Source: Marsupella aquatica (taxonomy: Eukaryota > Plantae > Marchantiophyta). From it: 64,000 nucleotides of DNA. The notes below the pieces were generated by a model. The model saw only the letters and a list, made by a program, of their open reading frames with translations, did no database searches and was not told the origin of the DNA. The stretch lies in contig OZ316897.1 of assembly GCA_973895155.1 (NCBI GenBank), forward strand, positions 12,175,832 to 12,239,831, written 5' to 3'. Made by a program: the position numbers and the translations under genes. This document shows positions 20,901 through 32,899 of this stretch, piece by piece; positions within the stretch are counted from its first letter, which is position 1; the number at the start of each line of letters is the position of its first letter.

Positions 20901-23900
20901 GGTCGTTCTTTGCTGACATAATCACATACTTTTTGTCCTTTGTGGACAGCAGCTGATCTTCTGTTATTACAGAGTCATAGCCGACATGCCACTGCATTTT
21001 TCTTCCCATGCCATGCACTTGCACCCACTTCTTCACTTCAGCCACTTCCACATTTATGTGCTTCATGTTCCCTTCTTGTCTAGACTGGGAAACCGGCCAA
21101 GGCCAAACCACTTTCTGCACATACTGAACCCCTCCACAAATCTCATTCCACAGGTCCAGGAGTATATTGACCAGATCATCAGCCAGGTTCACTTGGCAGT
21201 TTTTCCTTTGGATCACATCCATCTCGTCTTTCCTGAATTGGGGCTTCACCAAAATGCTGATCTCATCAAATGTGGGAGAGTCCTTTTTGGCATTAACCTC
21301 AATCCTTACTTTCATGTAATCCACTGTGAACGTCATGAAATACTTACCAGCAACAAAGTCATTGTCTGGGACATCTCCATTGTTGAACTCTGGACTCTGA
21401 GCAAGCTGAACCTGAAATCTATGCCACAACGACATTGGTGCTAGAGTCATCTCCTTTTGCTGGTGCTCAATAGAGAAACCCATCACCCACTGCTCCTCTC
21501 CATCATCATGTTTGCTCCTAGACTGCCACCCATCTTCAGGATCCAAATTCCCATCAATAAGAGACGGTATAAACACTTTGTCGTCCTTGCCCTTGTAGCA
21601 CAATCCCAACCATAGCAGGATAGCAATCAGCTCTTCACATTCTTTGAGACCCCACCTAGCTTCAAAGAACACCTTGAAAGCATACATTGAAATAGAACCT
21701 GTGGTCGCATCCAGTTTTTTTCTAAAGATATGGTCGCCCTCTGTATGCTTGACCATATCTTCAGAAACGAACATATTTCCTATAATTTCCTTGCAGAACC
21801 AGTTTGGATTGAGAATAATTAGCCTTGGAGAAGGGATACCCCATTGAGGAGGAAAGCTCTTGTCAACGTTTATCAGGACTCCAGCTTGGTCCAAATATTT
21901 AGTTGCTGATAAAATTGTTTCGTGAGGCCAGTTCTCACGTAATTGCTCAACCTTCTCCACAAATTCGTCCCAACCTAGCACAGGGAACTCCTTCCTTGCC
22001 TCACTCCAAATAGGAAGGATTTGTTGAACGACATCACAGATCTTGGGAACAATCTGCTCTTTGAGTAATGTTCTGGAATGTTCTAAGAGACACGCTTTAA
22101 AACCATTGACTTCCCCTCTTCTCCTAACATCCACTATAAAGGGATCAGTACGAACATCCAAAAGGCCAGTAAACTTTTTCCTCTTTTCCTTTAGCAGCAA
22201 CTCCCAATCTTGGTTGTTTCTCTGTACCTGTTTATCTCCTCCCATGTTGTTCAGGACAACAAAGACATGTCGGGTTTGTCTGGTGTCCTCGTGGTAGCTC
22301 GATGCAATGTAACGTAACCAGTAATCAAGCTGTTTCTCGACCTCATTTGGTGGACAGTTGGAATTGCAAACAATGACAAATATGGTAGCTGCTCCTTGAG
22401 AGATGGTAGAGTTCGCATCTGAGAAACTTAGAGCGGGGAAGAAAGCATTGTGCACCAAATGATAATCTTCCTGTCCCGCCATGTCCCAAATGTGGAGTGT
22501 TATTGGGTTTTGATTTTTCCTCTTGCTGCCTTTGCTGCCGATTTTGGAGACATCAATGCCTCTTGTGCGGGCCTCCACGTGAGGCTTCCTTTCCCATGTC
22601 CCTAGTGATCGCCAAAGTGTCCTCTTCAATGTATGACAAAGTGTTGTCTTCCCCACTTTTGGATCCCCACAAAGATAAATCTTTCCAAAGGCAGCTGGGA
22701 CCATGGAAGTGCCCGAGAGCCCCGCTAAAATATCCTTGTATCTGGTATTGCGCTTCCTTAGTTGCTCATATTGGCGTTCCAATTTTGGAAACATGAACCA
22801 CTCAAAATCCACTTTTACAGTGAGAGACTTGTTTAGGGCGAATGCAGACACTAAAGCAGTGGCGCGTTCTTCAGAAGGGTTCGAAGATCGCACATAAAGG
22901 TACTCCAGTGAATCAAGGCGACCAGATTTAAGGGCCTCGACTAACGACAGCAGGCCCACATTTGTGAAAGGATTTCCGTTAAGATCCAACCGTTCTAAAT
23001 TTGGCAGGACGGTGACGTCGCCATATTGGAAGGCGGTTGCCAGCGTAGCCATTGCATCGTCATCGATGTCAGCCCGAATGAGATTGAGAAAAGTCAAGTT
23101 CTCCAAATTACCGCATTGAATTGCACGTCCAAGAGCTTCGACGCCTTTGGTTCCTAAAGGAAATTTTGCTGAAGCCAGAGCACAGCTGGTTGCCTCACAA
23201 CTATCGTGCGAACTCGGAACCGACAAAACCTCCAATGCAGACATTTGACCAGATGCCAGAGCCTCGGCGAGGATGAAGTGAAAATCCTGGTCTAGGTCGA
23301 CGGACACCACTTGCGACAGATTGCCGAGGTGGATGGCGTAGTGTAGTTCCTCCATACTTTGAATTCTGATCCGACTGCTGCTGCCAGTGCTAGCCGCCTC
23401 AGGCGCGACATCTTGACGCCCAGCCTGCTGCCCCGAACCAGATTTATCATCGGAGTGACGAAAGTGTTCCCCTCCTGTTCCCTGCGAGTCTTCTTGCCTA
23501 GACTCTCCACCCGTCACTCCATTCGCGCCCTCTCTTCGATCCATTGGATTAACTCGATATCGTACCCTCCGACAGGTTCCCTCCTCTTAATCGCACAAGC
23601 AGCTCTGTCGTCAATTGGTCCCAGGAAACCCAAGCGGATCAGTTTGATCCAGCCAGTCAATTGCCCCACCCAAATCAATGATGGTCCTTGGTACCTGGTG
23701 ATCGCACCTCCCACATTTTTTATCCTCCAGAATGGTGAAAAAGCTAGAGCAACTTGATTCAGCTCGATGCCTCTCGAATTCCCGGCTGTTGCCTATGCTG
23801 ATTGGATCTGATCAGGCCTTTTCTCCCCAAACTGTTGACAGAGAGTGCAGAACAACCACTAGCGCCTGAAGCCAGCTCGATTGGAACATGCAAGTCAGTG

Positions 23901-25710
23901 TAATCGTCATTGATGTCGTGTTTCCAACGTTTTTTTATTTCCGACAAACGCTGGACTCTTCTTTTGCGCGAGACAGACCTTGACACTGCATTCGTGAAGA
24001 CGTTTGGATCTGACTGAAAAAGAGGACGAAGGTTTGGGCAAGCAGCATTGACAGTGTAGACAAGGAATTGTTTCAACCGCGGCTGTTGCGAGTGATCGAG
24101 TGAAAATTGTCCTACTCCGCAAGCAGTTATTAATATATTCAATCCTACGACAGAGGGAGACTTGTCTGATTACCGTGACAGTAGCCAATCGCATGTCTTT
24201 GCCGTTTTGAGTGAGCTGAAATGGAAAACTCATGATCCCGGCATTGTTTCTGCCGCACAGGATGATCAACCAAAGAGTACAATTGATAGCAGTGAAAAGG
24301 GGATAATCAAAAGCTCAAATTCTCCAGGGGAACATTGAGAGCTTGGTGGAGGCGCAATTGGTGAGGGGGCAAACCAATCAAAAAGAACTATCAGAGTTTA
24401 GTCATGATCGTTCTTCCAGGACAGAGGACGTAGATAGAACCTATAGATCGAGAGAATGACGACCAATCCATAGGCCGCGAATTTCCTAAGAACTCAGATT
24501 CGCAATACAGATTAAATAGTTAGCATAGATAGGATGACTAACCTGAACAAGCAACACAGTCGAGTAAACTTTCATCCGGGTTTTCATCCAGTCACGTTGA
24601 AAACCCAAACCAAAGCTTGCCTGAACACTCGCAGCAGCATTGAACTCGGAATGAGTTCAAGCCTGAAATTCGACCAAGCGCATGATGGTCGTTTAGAAAG
24701 TCAGTGCACAAGGGGGCCGAGTGAATGTGTCAAGGAACCTTTCGTAGTCTTTGCGAATTGATGTTCGCGATGGATGTTGTACAAATGACCCGCAAGCTTT
24801 AGAGACTTTGCTTCTTTTTATTGTAATCAATGTGAAAAACCCGCCGATTACTTCTCAGGCTGCCTCTTAGATAGACTCATAACACTCACTGGTCTAACGA
24901 AGCCACAGTCCCGTCTCTGGAAACTTGAACCTCTGTGACGAGTTTGTTGCAAAACGTTACCCGATTGTGGGTTCAGTGATGAAGGCGATCAAAACAGTAA
25001 AGCGGCAGTAAGGTGTCCGATATACAACGAACAGAACTAACAATGTTTCCACTTCAAAGATTCAGATACTCTACATCATAATAAGAAACTTCTCTGCTTC
25101 TGATGAGAATAGCTCACAGTAACAATGATAGAGGGAATGTCTGATTGCACTAAAAGTAGACGTCCAGTAGATTGGATTTGAACGCCAAAACGATATACGA
25201 ACTAAAAAATATGTTGTTGACCGAGATATCCACGAGCTTACGAAGGACCTGCACTCCATGACTGTGCTCCCGAACATTATTCCAGACTTGCTGGCGCCCA
25301 GCTGGGATCACCTAAAAACTGTACGTCGCATTGAGATTACTGTCAGTCACTCAGTTGGTTGCATCGTCGATTATGGCCTGGTAGAACTGGACTGAGTTTT
25401 ACGTACCATAATCATTCCATAACTCGGAGTGCCAGACTGCCAGGGATGTACCGGTCCAGGCTATGACGGTTGGTACTCTGATTTTTGTTTGTATAACTCT
25501 CAGGACCAGACTTTTGGTGCCTAGCGGTGTTCAACATACCGCGAAGTACTCAATATTAATGGCCTGTGGAAATGGCAGAAGTGCAGAGAGTTCCTCCCTA
25601 CCGATGCCATTAATGCAGTAGTAATGGTGTACGGGTCCAACCTGAATTCTTCAAATTTTTTTCTTGAATAGAACTTTACTGACAAGTAAAAGAAACCACG
25701 GTCCAAGCTG
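14971..25710. repeat. Segmental tandem duplication unit 1 (contains TRN1-like gene 1)
   Basis: Colinear high similarity with 34911-45672, and with 55400-64000 over the part present. Confidence 0.9.
19903..23544 (-). CDS. TORNADO1-like LRR-Roc-COR (ROCO) protein, copy 1, 1213 aa, intronless
   Basis: RI-like LRRs (LENLTFLNLIRADIDDDAM), Roc P-loop CGDPKVGKTT, G2 RTRGID, G3 WDMAGQ, COR region (LIILNPNWFC), coiled coil, and C-terminal WICTDCH. Confidence 0.9.
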   Translation of the reverse strand: MDRREGANGVTGGESRQEDSQGTGGEHFRHSDDKSGSGQQAGRQDVAPEAASTGSSSRIRIQSMEELHYAIHLGNLSQVVSVDLDQDFHFILAEALASGQMSALEVLSVPSSHDSCEATSCALASAKFPLGTKGVEALGRAIQCGNLENLTFLNLIRADIDDDAMATLATAFQYGDVTVLPNLERLDLNGNPFTNVGLLSLVEALKSGRLDSLEYLYVRSSNPSEERATALVSAFALNKSLTVKVDFEWFMFPKLERQYEQLRKRNTRYKDILAGLSGTSMVPAAFGKIYLCGDPKVGKTTLCHTLKRTLWRSLGTWERKPHVEARTRGIDVSKIGSKGSKRKNQNPITLHIWDMAGQEDYHLVHNAFFPALSFSDANSTISQGAATIFVIVCNSNCPPNEVEKQLDYWLRYIASSYHEDTRQTRHVFVVLNNMGGDKQVQRNNQDWELLLKEKRKKFTGLLDVRTDPFIVDVRRRGEVNGFKACLLEHSRTLLKEQIVPKICDVVQQILPIWSEARKEFPVLGWDEFVEKVEQLRENWPHETILSATKYLDQAGVLINVDKSFPPQWGIPSPRLIILNPNWFCKEIIGNMFVSEDMVKHTEGDHIFRKKLDATTGSISMYAFKVFFEARWGLKECEELIAILLWLGLCYKGKDDKVFIPSLIDGNLDPEDGWQSRSKHDDGEEQWVMGFSIEHQQKEMTLAPMSLWHRFQVQLAQSPEFNNGDVPDNDFVAGKYFMTFTVDYMKVRIEVNAKKDSPTFDEISILVKPQFRKDEMDVIQRKNCQVNLADDLVNILLDLWNEICGGVQYVQKVVWPWPVSQSRQEGNMKHINVEVAEVKKWVQVHGMGRKMQWHVGYDSVITEDQLLSTKDKKYVIMSAKNDLNVLRQGLQEAVTLGIYPPELTEESDISTDGDKVEEPALASDGIEMANPPTSPTAEKMQRLSTVNRKLDNMDEKLDKIMNSQDKIYKQVKNVETMLVEGFAEVLKEQKRVFRKLQDTDRFLKEDKDRTCPNLIYLGKRDSGVRATLKEALSPSVDVRLQFACEARYNSYTPHQVKDQLGLVVSDLKPALKTLVPWLKVSLTVLLISAKIVANVAAPGTGLLLPDFQQVQQGKSVLDGIVWATEYSMPELDKLMTEGMGLDPTGPPLNPQDLYGKSRAAITNLVGKLPADAYEEKLGLRKVCLAYNDGSLHGVVWICTDCHQKFRKSNLVNDM

Positions 25711-26619
25711 AATTGCTGTCAGTCCAGGAGGCGGCTAAACGTGGAACTAGTTGAGCAAACAGATGGACACCTCACTTCCATGCACCATCTGACAGTACTT
25801 TAAAATTGATTGGACGGTTGGGAGTTTGATGCTCTAATAAGAGTATAAGACTGTGAAACTGCAGAGTGCAGAATGTCTACCTACCATTATTATGCCATAA
25901 CTCTCTCTGCAAAGCTATGATGTTTGGTATTGCGTAACCTGATTACCCGTTTCTTCAAGATAATTAGAGATGGCGTCCCCCTAATTGCACATAGATAATA
26001 ATAATGTACAGTGTAAGACAAGTGTAAGACATCAGAAACTATAATAGAGCGTTGCGTCCTTTTTGAAGTGGTCCTCATTCAAATTTTGAGAGGCTTTTTA
26101 AGTGAAAGAAAAAAGAATGGTAAAAGAGAAAGGAATAAGAGAAACTCATTATGTTTTGTGTGAATGCTTTTTTCCAAGCAATAAAAGTACAAAGGCTTCC
26201 CTTTTACCATCGATGCTACCCCATGCAACAAACCAATTTGCTAGTCCGCTTCCTTCCTCTCTCTGGGTTTCCTCACAATTTCCTGGTCGGGCGGATTTCT
26301 GCGGTCGTTGTTCAATGAAAACCACAAAGCGACAAATTGCGACTCGACCTTGAATCCTCCCTCTACCATCCATGCTATACTATGCCCCATGCCATATCAT
26401 CCATGCAAAGGAAGTGCTGCATGTATCATGAGAGGAGTTTAATGACAAATATTTTACATAATCAAGAAAATAGTGCACAACCTAATCAACGAGACAAAGA
26501 CAAGATGAGAAAAATAGTGAAAAAAGAAGGAAGGTTTTAAAAGATATAAATTACAAAAACAATTAAAAAAAAAATCATTTTGTTGTACTTTGGTGGTGGT
26601 TTTTGCCTCTCTTTGTGTC

Positions 26620-27125
26620 ATGACATCTTTCACTCGACAATTTTTTTTACGCAATGAGATCTTTCTAACAAAGATATATTTTGCACCATGATATTTTTCA
26701 ACTACATCATAATATTTTTCAATTACATCTATTTACACATTGATGTCTTTTGCTGAACGATATCTTTTAGTAAACTACATCTTTGCGCAACGTCATCTTT
26801 CGAGCAACCACATATTTTACTTAATGATATCTTTTATTCAACAATATTGTAAATGCAAGGACGTATTTACGCAACAACATCTTTTGTGCAACGGAGACTT
26901 GATAACATAATTATATGCTAACAAACATCTTTACTTATGGACCATTTGTACTTAACAACAACTTTATACTTAACAACATCTATTTTGTTAACGACATCTT
27001 GGGCGTAGTGACATCTTTTGTCTCAATGACATCTTGGGTGACACAACATCTTTTCTCTTAACGACATCTTGGGCATCATGACATCTTTTGTCTTAACAAC
27101 ATCTTGGGCGTCACTACATCTTTTG
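26620..27125. repeat. Degenerate minisatellite built on an ACATCTT core (~17-18 bp period, ~35-bp dimer at the right end)
   Basis: (A/G)ACATCTT recurs many times, most regularly at 26990-27125. Confidence 0.7.
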
Positions 27126-27649
27126 TGCAACGCACGGGTATTGAGCTCGTCATCCCATATCATGATGAATTTAAGTATTTTGCTTAAATCAGGGAGTGCG
27201 CATATTACCACATTTGATGTGCAATTACGGGAACCCATACACAAGAGGAAAGGAAACAAAAAAGGCTTGTAAAAAAAAGAACGATCACTCTTTATGTCCA
27301 TCTTTGCATCTTTATTTGTCTCAACCTTCACTTTCAGTTATGCCCTCATTTAGAGTTAGTGTGTACATGCTTTCCTAACAAAGTAAGCCCAAGAAGTAGC
27401 TTTTGATTCTTGCTTTATTAGTTTATTAGTTATTTAGACTATTTATTTTGTTTCCAACTGAAATTTTATGGCCAAGTAATCTTCAAGTAAAGTAGAGAAG
27501 CAGCACCCAATGAAGGACAGCAGTCTTGTTATTCTCTTTACAGATGTCTCTGAACCCTAGCCTCAGATCTTCTAAGATTTACCAAGGACAGTAAGGGCTG
27601 GTGAGCCCGGGGTCCTCACTCCTTTTATTCTGACCCATCAAGAATGAAT

Positions 27650-27810
27650 AAGTGTAGGGTTCTTTTATTGGGGTTAGCAAAAGATTTTTGAATTTTCTTG
27701 GAAGAACATGACGGGTGTTTTAATACAATTTTGAGAATTATAAGAATAATAGGGTTTTTAAACCAAAATTCAAAATATTCCAAAAATATTCTAAAAGTTT
27801 AGGGGAGGAA
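27650..27810. repeat. AT-rich dispersed repeat with an inverted partner at ~30445-30600
   Basis: TAGGGTTCTTTTATTGG..TTTTGAGAATTATAAGAATAATAGGG..AATATTCC aligns with the reverse complement of 30445-30600. Confidence 0.6.
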
Positions 27811-28999
27811 CTCCTTAAAAAACTTTATTTACTTATATTGTAGGATGTTTCTTCATCAAAAACTTCGTGTGTGATATGGGTCCCCCTTGGAGTGAGGCTC
27901 CAAGCTGGCAAGTAACTATAGTATTCACATAAGCACTTGGCAAAGGAGGGGAGAAAATCTGTCATGAATCAATTCCTTTCTAGTTGTTGCTGGTTGTTTT
28001 TCTGGGTAAGAATTTGGCCAAAAGAGTTAAACAGAATACGAAGTGGCCAAGACCCTGGGAAAGTGGGATAGCAAGCCTAAAACAAGCTAAAGTATGTAGC
28101 GTATAAACAGGCAACAGATAACAGATAACATCAAGGACATGTTGTTCGTGTGTGAGGAGGTTGGATGGACGCGTTGATCTATCAAAATAGGAAACTGCAG
28201 TAAGTCTTACACAAGGAGCATAGGACTGTTCCTCCAGGTCACACTTCAATTCTTCATTCCTCAGAGTGAGAAATCAGATATATAATTACTGACATCCAGG
28301 GTTGTGATTGTGAAGCAAGGGGCAAGTCTGGGGGCAAAAATACAAACAAGGTCAATCATACAATGGCCATTGATTGCGATCTAGCCTGAACAGAAAAGTT
28401 GTGATAAAATATGTATGAATCACAAACCCAAAGAACAGGGAAAAAAGGTTAGGAAGCTTGCAGTCAATTAAAATAGTTTTTCTCTTGCAATGGTTTACTA
28501 AGCCTTCAAAACTGTATGATGAAATCCTATTTTTTGAAGGAGAAAAGGATTGTGTAGTGGTTCACTGTTTTTGTTGAGACAACCTCTCTGGTGGTAGTTC
28601 CTACCTTATTCTAGTCCATCCATCCCTCCCCTTTTTCCTGGCTCTCCCACTCTCTCCTCCCCTTTCTTTTTTCTCTCCCCCTCTAGTCACATCTTTTAGG
28701 AAGGTTGTTGGGAAGGAAAGTATAGTTGGAAGTATAGTTAATTGTTGCAGGTGGAAACAAACATTGGTGAAATCATGTCAGTCCAAGGGTAGAGGTGAGA
28801 TAGGGGAGAGCTTGGACCCCTGGGAAGAAGAAGAGGCCAACGCAAGGAGTTGGTGTGAGAGTCGGGCCAGGTGCAACAGTGTATCAGGCGAGGGAGAAAA
28901 TCAAAATACACTGGGAGGAACGAGAGACATAAAAACAAATTTGAGCAGGAATTTCTATAGCAGCAACAGGGGCAAATGCACAGAGAGAGATAATTTCAT

Positions 29000-31560
29000 A
29001 TAAAGAACACCCAATCAAGGCCAATGTCAAGTCTGTACTAAGTCATAACACATACAGACAAAGTTTTTACAGCGTAGAGTTCTGGTAACGACTAGTGTCT
29101 CTTTAAGTACCCCACACATCTAGTTATTCACGTTATCAAAGTGTACCATTGATCGACACTTAACAAGAGTTTTTCATGAAGCCGAAAGAGTTTAAACCAA
29201 GATTTTAACAAAACGGTAAGTGTATTGTAGAAAAAGGGATATGTAATCCAGGCAGGAGGCAAGTCGTGCGTTGAGTCTAAACTAAGTCGTTAGGAATGAT
29301 GAAGTCATAATAGATATTGCGTACATGTTAAGAGATGGTTCCAAAAATGCCAAGGCCATAGTATTTAATCATTTGAGAGTAATTAAGCTAATGTGAACCG
29401 GACGTGAATAGTGACAGTGCTACTGTAAAAAACAAGACAATCGTGGTGTGTCGAAGTTGTTAAAAAAGTCATCTTTCAAATGTTAGCTACCGACAGGCGA
29501 TAATCAATAGCAAGGGTCATGATTAGTAACATACAAGCATCAATCAAGATTTACGGTGTCAAATCTGAGGCAACCTCCTTCAATTTTCAAGCAGAAATTT
29601 TAAGCGGTTCATCATAGCACCTAGTCAAGCTGTTTGACGTTGACCATCAACTAGCATCAGAATACAGTAGACGTAATCTGCATCACAAACCCCAAGGTGA
29701 TCTTTCAGCCCTGTCCCTGGGGCGGGATTAAAAGTTATTTGCATTCAATCCCTGCTCCATGTTTCTGCTACCTCTAGCCGCGGCGGTAACGGGGAGACAT
29801 GGACCGATACTAGGCTAGAAAAAGAAAGATAGAAAAGCTGTTTAAAAAAACGTGTGTGCTTAGGAATGCATACCTGATTGGCACGAGCCATGCTGAGCTT
29901 AGTGTTGTTGCTGCAAGGCGAGTCCCGTGTGTTGTCAGGTTGAGATGCAGTGGTGCTGCTGTGGCTATTCTCAATAATCCTAAATGTCATGCCAAAAGTG
30001 CTGTGAACTGTGCTGCCAGGAGTGTGCTCAGGAATGTATTCAAACGTGGATGTGTGAGTATTTAGTTGCATTGGAGGGCCTTATGTAGCGGGTGTTAAGA
30101 CTTAGGGTAGCCGCCAGTGAAGTAGGGACTAAGGAGTTGGAATGCCCTATCATGCCTAGAGTGATCAAAGGGTGCTGGTGAAGCCTACGTGGTCAACACA
30201 AGGACATATGTACACTACAATAATATTACTTGTGTAAAGTGTAAATGACATGTTGTATTTGTATATTTCGTAGATTGTCTATTGTATTCTGCGCTATTCT
30301 CATATGCCTTTGCTCTAAGCTTTTGTTCGAACATCTTGGTATATCCTATCTCGGGGGTCTCACTATATGGGGACCTCCCCATTGCCTGCGACGTTTTTAG
30401 GCCTCGGACCCCCTAATATGTAATAATTTATTTTTATTTTTTAACCCCTATAAAGTTGGAATATTCTTGGAATATTCTAAAAATTGGATTAAAAAGACCC
30501 TAATGTTCTTATAAGTCTCAAAATTTAATTTAAAAGACCCTATTGTTCTTCTACAAAAATTCTTAAGTCTTCCCTTAGAACCAATAAAATGACCCTATCC
30601 TTCATCGCACGTGAAACCCCCAAGTATCCTATCCCTATGTATCCACAGAGAGAGAGATGTTAATAAAGTAGCGAAAAAACACCCAATCAAGGCCACATCA
30701 AGATATTACTTTGTCCACACCTATCGCATGTCAAGGTCTTACAGTAGGGTCTGGGAGGAGTCTTAGATAGATATACATTACACCTTATAGTCCAAGTTAA
30801 AAAACTTCATATACTGCCGGTGACACATGGTAAAGTCCAAAGAAATGAAAAGGTCTGACGAGAGAGAAATTAATACTCATGAAATGATCCATCCACTAGC
30901 ATAATGTTTATACAGTTAGCATAGTCAAAGCGCAGTAGCAAGGTCTGCTGCATGAAAGACAGAGTAAAACAAGTGACCAAGATAACTAGTGACAGAAAAC
31001 TAGTGACAGAAATAACAGGTGTTAGAAATAACAAAAAAACCTTTTTACAGAGTATTAATAGGTAGAAATATCTCAAAACCAAGGGTACAGTAGGAAGAAT
31101 TTTGTTATCAAGTCAGTAAGAAATAATTTTTGGAGATACTAGTGGTGTGGACAGAAGCGAATTGCTGCATTGTTAAGAACAAGAAAAAAATTGATAGTTA
31201 GCAGGGTCAGTATACAACACATATAAAGCTTATTAAAACTAGCATCCAGCTCTAAGTAGAGCTTTATGCATGGACTATCGGTGCATCCAATCTGTTTGTC
31301 TTACAGACAGAAGTAGATCATCAACCATAACTGACATGTAGTTGACATAACTACATTGCAAGCCCTAGGTTCGTCATTCAGCCCCCGTCCCTAGGGTGAA
31401 TCAAGCCAGGTAACTGACAAATCCATGCTATATGTTTCTGTTACCAGGATGCCCAGGCGGTAACGGGGAGACATATATCAGTTATGGGCTAGACTAAGTT
31501 ATTCATGAAAATATAACAGCAGAGGAGTCAATAAGTTAAGAATGTTACCTGTTGAGCTCG
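29000..31560. repeat. Two diverged direct copies (~29000-29890 and ~30675-31560) of an unclassified repeat
   Basis: Shared anchors AACACCCAATCAAGGCCA (~29006/~30678) and ATGTTTCTG(C/T)TACC..GGCGGTAACGGGGAGACAT (~29760-29800/~31430-31475) at matching offsets. Confidence 0.55.
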
Positions 31561-32073
31561 CGCCATTAGCTGTGGTCAGGAATCTTTACAAGAGTGTGCA
31601 CTGGATTGCTCAGAAAGTAATTCTATAGGGCTAAGAAAAAAGAGCTAGTGGTAAAGGACGAAAGAACAAAGTGGGGCAGAGTGCCACCAGTAAGAGACGA
31701 AAGAGTGGGGCAGAGTCCCACCAGTAAGAGACGAAAGAATAGGGTGACAGTGAGAAGAGATACACATAATATGAGCCAGTCATTCAACCTGGAGGTTGAA
31801 GATGTTTCAGGAGAATGCTTTACGCAGAGGGGGGAAGTACCATGCAAAAAAGGAATGTTTCAGGAGGAACTATGCGTCAGAGCCTGTGGTGAACAATGCT
31901 TTATATAATGGTAAAAGTGTGTAGGTAGGGCATCTTACGTAAGAGGGGAGAAAAGTTTATTTAGGTTTAGTTTTTTAAGCCTGCGGTAGCCGTTAGATTT
32001 AGGGTGGATCTGGATAGGTGGTGTGGATGTATTATCTTGAATGTGGTGAGTACATACGTAGATATTTCTCCTG

Positions 32074-32209
32074 ACTATATGTGTTTTTGTGATTTAGTAC
32101 TTATTGTGGGTATGAATAAAATTATACACAGTTGGGGTACAACTATATGTGTTTTTGTGATTTAGTACTTATTGTGGGTATGAATAAAATTATACACAGT
32201 TGGGGTACA
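32074..32209. repeat. Perfect 68-bp tandem duplication
   Basis: ACTATATGTGTTTTTGTG...GTTGGGGTACA twice (32074, 32142). Confidence 0.9.
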
Positions 32210-32257
32210 AGGTGCCGTTGAACTGTGGGACAGATTGTTTATTGAATGGGCCATCTT

Positions 32258-32259
<2 letters not shown>

Positions 32260-32295
<36 letters not shown>
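32260..32295. repeat. (GA)n microsatellite
   Basis: Direct read of the sequence. Confidence 0.95.
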
Positions 32296-32298
<3 letters not shown>

Positions 32299-32554
32299 AT
32301 TTAGGGTGCATAGAATAAATTTCAATGCAAGCCAATTGGTTCAATTGGAGAACCAATTGGCTATGGAGCCAAAGCAATACAAAGTGAGAGCAAGGTCTGA
32401 TAGTTCACTCCACCCATATGACATTCACCCCCAATAGAAAATAAATACAATTCCACCCCCCTAAAAGAAAACAAAACTTTGGGTTACAATTTTGTGTTTT
32501 CGGGGAGGGGGTGCTTTACATTGGCTGTGTGGTCTTTCCTCAAACAATTAAAAT

Positions 32555-32899
32555 TGTTGAGCATAGACGACATTCGTAATGGCAAGCCCATGAACCATCC
32601 AATGCACAATAGTCAACTCAGAGAGATACGTGGTTCACCTCCACATGAGGTTACATCCACGGGAACACACAAGAGCTTTACTGCACTCTAGGCCGACCGG
32701 CCATACCAAGCATCCATAGCACAAGCTCTCCCCTATCTCTCAACTAGCTCCGTAACAATGAGCCTAAGTTCCACCAGGGTCTGGCATCAGTCTTGGCTTA
32801 ATACACAACAGCACTATCGCTAACATTAGCTAGGTCCTAACTTGAGTTAGCCTAACTGTGGTTAGCTCATGAGTCACAAGACTAGAGCAATATCTAACA
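32555..32899. mobile_element. Solo LTR (345 bp)
   Basis: TGTTGAG..CTAACA termini flanked by AAAT on both sides. Homologous to 54490-54836. Confidence 0.75.

Noticed and set aside
19903-23544. Assigning the gene symbol TRN1
   Set aside because: The architecture is TORNADO1-like, but these are diverged, multi-copy paralogs with a short LRR region. Orthology cannot be shown without a phylogeny.
27650-30600. A single 3-kb TIR element bounded by the inverted AT-rich repeats
   Set aside because: The arms are considerably diverged and I found no precise termini or TSD. More likely two independent insertions of one repeat family.
32162-32437. ORFs with ERERER/LSLSLS runs (also 50260-50529)
   Set aside because: Translations of GA/CT microsatellites.
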